From assembly GCA_026395685.1 (NCBI GenBank), contig JAPLYG010000013.1:387-64386 (forward strand): a stretch of DNA of 64,000 bases, in the 5' to 3' direction. The notes beneath the pieces were generated by a model, which was not told where the DNA came from, made no database searches, and worked only from the letters and a program-made list of their open reading frames with translations. The translations under genes were made by a program, and so were the position numbers. Positions 59,885 through 64,000 of the stretch are shown here, piece after piece (position 1 is the first letter of the stretch; each line of letters starts with the position of its first letter). Origin of the DNA: Candidatus Parcubacteria bacterium (GTDB taxonomy: Bacteria; Patescibacteriota; Patescibacteriia; CAIXNZ01).

Positions 59885-60292
59885 TCAGCACTTAACTTGT
59901 AAGTCAGCTGGCTGGCGACGATTGCCCATCCAAAAGCCGATGGCCATGAAAAAGACCTGGGGCGCAGCCATGACGATCATCAGATCATACCATTGGTACG
60001 GCATCTGCTGGCAGAACCTGGCCGTCAATACTGCTGTCGACGCGGCGATGATAACCATCACACACCCGAATCCCAAATCCCAAGCCGCGGGCAGGCTAAG
60101 GCCGAGCAGGAAAGCGGCGACCGTGAACATGCCCAAAGCCGTTCCCACATCCAGCCAGGGATGCTGAGCCAATAGTCCTCCTTTGGTGAAGGCAATGACC
60201 TGAAACGAAAAGAGCCACAAACAAATACCAAGTAACCGCGAATTTTTCAACATTCTCCCTCCTCCTTGCCCAGAACCTATGCGCAAACGCAT
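59885..60292 (-). CDS. GC-rich small membrane protein
   Basis: Four predicted TM helices. About 55% GC. Confidence 0.5.
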   Translation of the reverse strand: MRLRIGSGQGGGRMLKNSRLLGICLWLFSFQVIAFTKGGLLAQHPWLDVGTALGMFTVAAFLLGLSLPAAWDLGFGCVMVIIAASTAVLTARFCQQMPYQWYDLMIVMAAPQVFFMAIGFWMGNRRQPADLQVKC

Positions 60293-60435
60293 GGCTCTGG
60301 ACTGGTTAAGTTGTTGTTTCCTGGTCTGTGTAGCCCAGACAATTTAAAACCGCGCTTGCAATACGATGCATATTAAACACATTGCCACTGAGACTCTTTA
60401 CATCTCATTCTAGACTTTTGGCAAGAAAAAATCAA

Positions 60436-60525
60436 GGGGGCGAAAAGGGCATTGTTCCCGGACGGTAGAGACATGGCATGCCATGTCTCTACCAATGGGT
60501 GTAACCCATACAGCCCTTTTCGCCC
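60436..60525 (-). other. Nested palindrome element. The 13-bp outer stem GGGCGAAAAGGGC/GCCCTTTTCGCCC encloses a perfect 30-nt palindrome GGTAGAGACATGGCATGCCATGTCTCTACC and a third small hairpin.
   Basis: Seen directly in sequence. Candidate structured RNA or recombination site. Confidence 0.35.
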
Positions 60526-60532
60526 TACAAAA

Positions 60533-60556
60533 AAATCTTTCCGCGGGGAAAGATTT
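60533..60556 (-). terminator. Terminator AAATCTTTCC-gcgg-GGAAAGATTT followed by a T-run on the minus strand
   Basis: Perfect 10-bp stem. Downstream of the M23 peptidase gene. Confidence 0.65.
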
Positions 60557-60565
60557 CTTGAATTA

Positions 60566-60598
60566 AAAGTTCAAAGTGCAAAATTTAAAGTTACAGTT
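60566..60598 (-). repeat. Intergenic repeat family Y, copy 3 (inverted)
   Basis: Reverse complement AACTGTAACTTTAAATTTTGCACTTTGAACTTT. Confidence 0.6.
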
Positions 60599-60656
60599 AA
60601 TAATTTAAATTTTTGGAACATTTAATTTTAAATAAAAAATACCTAAATTTTTAAAT

Positions 60657-61679
60657 TTATCTCGCAGACAAAACCGGCTCCCCCATTTTATAATTGATGA
60701 AAAAAGCATCAGATACATCATCAATTTTATTTTTCCAATATGTTCCATAAAGCGCAGTCGCAGTATCAGCAGATTCAATCCAGCGCAAGACTCCTCCATG
60801 CTCAACAGCATAAACTTTGGTATCGGATTGAATCTTGACCATTTTAATGCCCGGACGATAAGTCACATTGCCGCCCAGAGGTATATTAGCCAGCTGCTCG
60901 GCAGTGACAACAGTTACTCCGCTGAAACTGCTAAACCAGGTGTAATAAACCTTGTCAGTGGGAAAAACATAACGCTTAGCGTCTGCCCCGCAAAAATAAA
61001 CCGTGGTAGACCCGCTAAGCTTGATTCTGGAACCGGAAACACAAGTCGCGGGCGTGGCACCAACAACCAAGCTCTTGTCAGTATTGATATCAGGACTGGC
61101 ATTTAATGAATCAGTAATGCTATAACTGCCGGGATAACGCGCGTTAACTAGACTTAAATAAGGATTAATGGCAGTGTTGTCAGGCAAGCGAATCTCAAAA
61201 TGCAAATGCGGGCCGACATTTTCAGCATTGCCGCTATCACCCATCCAGCCGATTAGCTGTCCTTTGGTAACTGTTGCTCCATGGACAATGCCCGGCGCAT
61301 AAGCATTGGCTATGCCGCCCAGACCGTCATCAGTGCCGGGCGTATCATTGTTAACATGCAAATAATGATAAGTATAATGATCGCTGTCTTCCAAAGAAAT
61401 GGCATAGCCGTAGTCAGCTTCGGGATCAACAACATAGCGCACTCGCCCGTCAATGCAAGAATATAAGGGCATCATTTTCGTGCCCATCAGATCAATACCT
61501 TCATGCAGATGACCACTCCGGGCATCGCCGAAACTGTCAGTAAAAGTCACTGACTGTTCAGTCGGAAAAAAGATTGATCGCGTTTCCTGAGCCGAAGCAT
61601 TGGTGCCGATAAAAATTAAAACTAAAACAATGACGGGAATTATGGTAAACAGCATTTTTTTAGTTAGCTTTTTTTTCAT
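60657..61679 (-). CDS. M23-family (LytM-like) metallopeptidase with a C-terminal extension
   Basis: HLHEGIDL ... D ... HLHFEI motifs. Signal peptide. Confidence 0.7.
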   Translation of the reverse strand: MKKKLTKKMLFTIIPVIVLVLIFIGTNASAQETRSIFFPTEQSVTFTDSFGDARSGHLHEGIDLMGTKMMPLYSCIDGRVRYVVDPEADYGYAISLEDSDHYTYHYLHVNNDTPGTDDGLGGIANAYAPGIVHGATVTKGQLIGWMGDSGNAENVGPHLHFEIRLPDNTAINPYLSLVNARYPGSYSITDSLNASPDINTDKSLVVGATPATCVSGSRIKLSGSTTVYFCGADAKRYVFPTDKVYYTWFSSFSGVTVVTAEQLANIPLGGNVTYRPGIKMVKIQSDTKVYAVEHGGVLRWIESADTATALYGTYWKNKIDDVSDAFFINYKMGEPVLSAR

Positions 61680-61690
61680 ATAGTAAAAAA

Positions 61691-62083
61691 TTACATATCT
61701 TTTTTAAGACGGGAGATGTAAAGACCAAGAAAAAGGATGATGCCGGCACTAACCGGTAAAAATACCTGCCAGACAAATAATTTGTAACAGACAAAAATCA
61801 CCATTACACTGACCATAATAAGCCAGGCCTGGATTTTTACCTGAGGCTTTGCCCCGGATAAATCATAGACTTTGCCGTCATTCATGACTAAGGTCAAAGT
61901 AGTTTGCTGACATTTGGGGCAAGTATTGCTGCCAGAATATTTCTTCATATATTCAGTTGAAAGTTCCTCAAACCCGCAGCTTTTACAGCGGATTTTCACA
62001 ATGGCTTTATCCCAATTGCCAAGATTGTTTAAAATATTCATATACTCTAATTTTATGCTTTTCAAAGCTTTTAAGCAAGGCAA
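61691..62083 (-). CDS. Zinc-ribbon membrane protein
   Basis: CKSCGF ... CPKCQQ ribbon plus a C-terminal TM. Confidence 0.4.
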   Translation of the reverse strand: MPCLKALKSIKLEYMNILNNLGNWDKAIVKIRCKSCGFEELSTEYMKKYSGSNTCPKCQQTTLTLVMNDGKVYDLSGAKPQVKIQAWLIMVSVMVIFVCYKLFVWQVFLPVSAGIILFLGLYISRLKKDM

Positions 62084-62216
62084 AAAAGGCTGTAAATTAC
62101 CGACAATAGAAACTCTGCAAAGCAGGGTGTCTGCGTATTGATGTCACCTCTGCCAGCTTTTTGTTCCAACAAAAAAAGCCCTGCGCAGGCAGGGCTGTAG
62201 ACTTTTAAATTCACAA

Positions 62217-62684
62217 TTAATACGGCTTCCCTATCCGCCGGCTGAAAATACCGCCGATGACAGCCGGATAAGCGAATATAAAACCGATTACGGCTCCGGA
62301 TAAAATGCGAGCATCTTCCGGCTTGAATATTAAGTTTCCCGGAGAGTTCATAAAATCAGCTCCAATATACTTGCCCTGCAGCCCGCCAATTATTGCTCCG
62401 GCAATACCAGGCAGTAAAAGAACACCCAGCTGAGACTCAAAAATTGAGCCGACAAATTTTGCGCACTCAGCCGAGAATCCAAGTGCTAATCCAGTCAAAA
62501 TTATGAGGACAACCTGCTGACCTGTAATAACAATCGTTGAAGGTCCCATTGCCACCCAATCCAGGCACAGCAGATAAGCATGCACCGGCCCGGCGCTGAT
62601 ACACCACAAGACCCCGCCAATAATTGCTGAATTGACAAAAGGTCTAAATCCTTCATCTTTCATGGCAAATCCTCCTTTTCTCAA
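62217..62684 (-). CDS. Integral membrane protein
   Basis: Four or five TM helices, Gly-rich. Confidence 0.4.
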   Translation of the reverse strand: MRKGGFAMKDEGFRPFVNSAIIGGVLWCISAGPVHAYLLCLDWVAMGPSTIVITGQQVVLIILTGLALGFSAECAKFVGSIFESQLGVLLLPGIAGAIIGGLQGKYIGADFMNSPGNLIFKPEDARILSGAVIGFIFAYPAVIGGIFSRRIGKPY

Positions 62685-62913
62685 AATTGAACTCTAAACT
62701 CTATTGCTCAAATAATAAACATTTTGTAAGTAAATGTCAACCCTCTGCGCTCTCATGTGCTTTGCGGCTCGCTAACGGCGCGAACACATTAGTGTTCGCG
62801 CACATTCATCCCCGCCTTCGGTCGCGACTTACTTCTCGCCGCTCCTTCAAGCAGGGGTTTCCTGTTAGGATAAAAAAAACCGTTTAAAGTATTACTTTAA
62901 ACGGTCGTGCTGA

Positions 62914-63438
62914 CTATTTTTTAATCTCGGCAATAAGGTCTATCACATAGTCGAAATCCGCGCCAATAAGCACATAACGCAGGTACGCACCGACATCAAT
63001 CATAAGTGCCGGATCAACTCCGTCAACATCGTTGAAAATTCCAAATACACATCCCAGTTTTCTCAAAGTAGAATCCGGGGGGAAACCTTTACTTGGCAAA
63101 TCAGCCTCAATCGCCTGCTTCATCTGCAAAGGTGTTTTGTCTCCGACCTTTAAAAAAACAGCCACCCCTAATTCCGATGACATAAACTGCATTAGCTGAT
63201 TAAGAGATTCTTCCGTGTAGTCCATCAGCATAAAATTAAGTTTGCCTATGACACGGAACAAAATACAGGAGATCATAGTTTCCTTATCAACCAGGTGATA
63301 CGCGTCCCATTGACCGATACTGACATAGTTATTAGTGTGAAATCCCGCCGAATGAAGCTTTTCACACATTTCATCAATAACCTGCTGGTATGTTTTACCT
63401 TTGGTCATAATGATAACGGGCGGTACTTGTTGACTCAT
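62914..63438 (-). CDS. Hypothetical protein
   Basis: ORF only. Confidence 0.4.
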   Translation of the reverse strand: MSQQVPPVIIMTKGKTYQQVIDEMCEKLHSAGFHTNNYVSIGQWDAYHLVDKETMISCILFRVIGKLNFMLMDYTEESLNQLMQFMSSELGVAVFLKVGDKTPLQMKQAIEADLPSKGFPPDSTLRKLGCVFGIFNDVDGVDPALMIDVGAYLRYVLIGADFDYVIDLIAEIKK

Positions 63439-63564
63439 CTTTTCCTCCTATAAAGGACTGATGGTTAAACTAACTTAACAACTATTATTTAATTTGTCAA
63501 TAAGCCCGACAAAGCCTCGCACAATAAAAAAACGCTCCGCAGACGGAACGCTTTTTTATAATTC

Positions 63565-63850
63565 ACGATGGCTATGAACCAGAGCAAAGCTCGATTTATG
63601 GCTCCGGGACAGGGATTCGCCCAGCACCACGCAGGGTGCTGGGCGGCCCGAACCCTATGTGGTTCGGGCCGAACTAAAGATTGCTGAACAGTCAGGTCTA
63701 GAACCTTCGTTATAGGGATATTGTAAGGGATTTTGAGCTTCTTTACAAGAGCTGGTTTAAGGCACTCGGGTCGTGCTTGTCAGCACAAAATGAGACAAAT
63801 GAGACAGTCCTTAAGGCCATTTAAAGTGTCTCATTTGGGGCGTTTTGGGA
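63565..63850. other. GC-rich structured intergenic region with multiple hairpins (CGCCCAGCACC-acgcagg-GTGCTGGGCG, GCCCGAACC-ctatgt-GGTTCGGGC, GAGACA...TGTCTC)
   Basis: Seen directly in sequence. No match to any RNA family I can recognise. Confidence 0.25.
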
Positions 63851-64000
63851 CACGGTGTTGCCTAGCATACTCCTCTAGGAGTTCGGGGTGATTCTGGAAC
63901 AAATTAGAGAAGAATTCGGCGAGCTTATCGGCTACTATAGATTGGTTGAAAGATTGGTCGGATGACATAGTTGCATTTAGATTAATACTTTTAAAATAAC

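Noticed and set aside
63640-63685. tRNA-like T-arm look of GCCCGAACC-ctatgt-GGTTCGGGC.
   Set aside because: The 6-nt loop lacks the TTCGAAT/TPsiC consensus, there is no acceptor or D-arm context, and no CCA end. Not a tRNA.

Overview
The window is AT-rich overall, about 35-38% GC by eye, and almost every gene lies on the minus strand. Gene content fits a small-genome, Patescibacteria/CPR-like fermentative bacterium, but that lineage call is an inference from gene content alone. No rRNA, tRNA or CRISPR array was found.

Core genes (all minus strand):
- A type IV pilus-like cluster: pilD, two pilins, a REC-only response regulator, pilM and a PilZ protein.
- DNA, translation and stress genes: ligA, recJ, rnhA, hpf, lepA, msrA/msrB, tspO, mscL.
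- Envelope and metabolism genes: murJ, an ackA-like kinase plus pduL, and an MsbA-like ABC exporter.

Large secreted proteins:
- A giant adhesin-like gene occupies 1..4889 on the minus strand. The ORF track misses it because it has no stop inside the window.
- 25206..28205 carries dockerin-like motifs followed by tandem Ig-like domains.
- The surface proteins at 1..4889 and 9892..10923 share a myxo-type Cys-rich module.

Main candidate for the unusual system:
- A tightly packed six-gene minus-strand operon spans 58699..52921 and starts with lexA.
- lexA overlaps the start of a BcgI-like fused PD-(D/E)xK endonuclease/N6-adenine methyltransferase. The two overlap by 8 nt.
- Downstream follow a zinc-ribbon DUF4145 protein, an uncharacterised PD-(D/E)xK-like protein, a two-domain HsdS specificity subunit and a small unknown protein.
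- A CTGAC-N6-GTCAG palindrome fills the 17-nt spacer of the lexA promoter. This looks like an SOS-gated Type IIB restriction-modification island with two extra components.

Other notable features:
- Two paralogous REP-associated tyrosine transposase (RAYT, IS200-like) genes each contain a GTAGGGACAGG-type REP hairpin inside their coding sequence. A third copy of the REP hairpin sits in a nested 84-bp palindrome, and a RAYT 3' remnant lies beside one cargo gene.
- Several GC-rich, plus-strand cassettes (13.2-14.35 kb, 24.7-25.2 kb, 37.5-41.05 kb including a J-domain four-gene operon, 48.8-50.3 kb) each have a consensus TTGACA-N17-TATAAT promoter, a strong GGAGG Shine-Dalgarno site and an intrinsic terminator. 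A GC-richer minus-strand block lies at 59.7-63.5 kb.
- lepA's conserved C-terminal tail is encoded out of frame.
- Small GIY-YIG and GxxExxY genes are each bracketed by repeat or hairpin elements.
- There are three intergenic repeat families, a pair of near-identical Cys-rich paralogs, a 10-bp phased repeat array, and several elaborate palindromes that could be structured RNAs.

All functional calls rest on motif recognition by eye. Nothing here was searched against a database.
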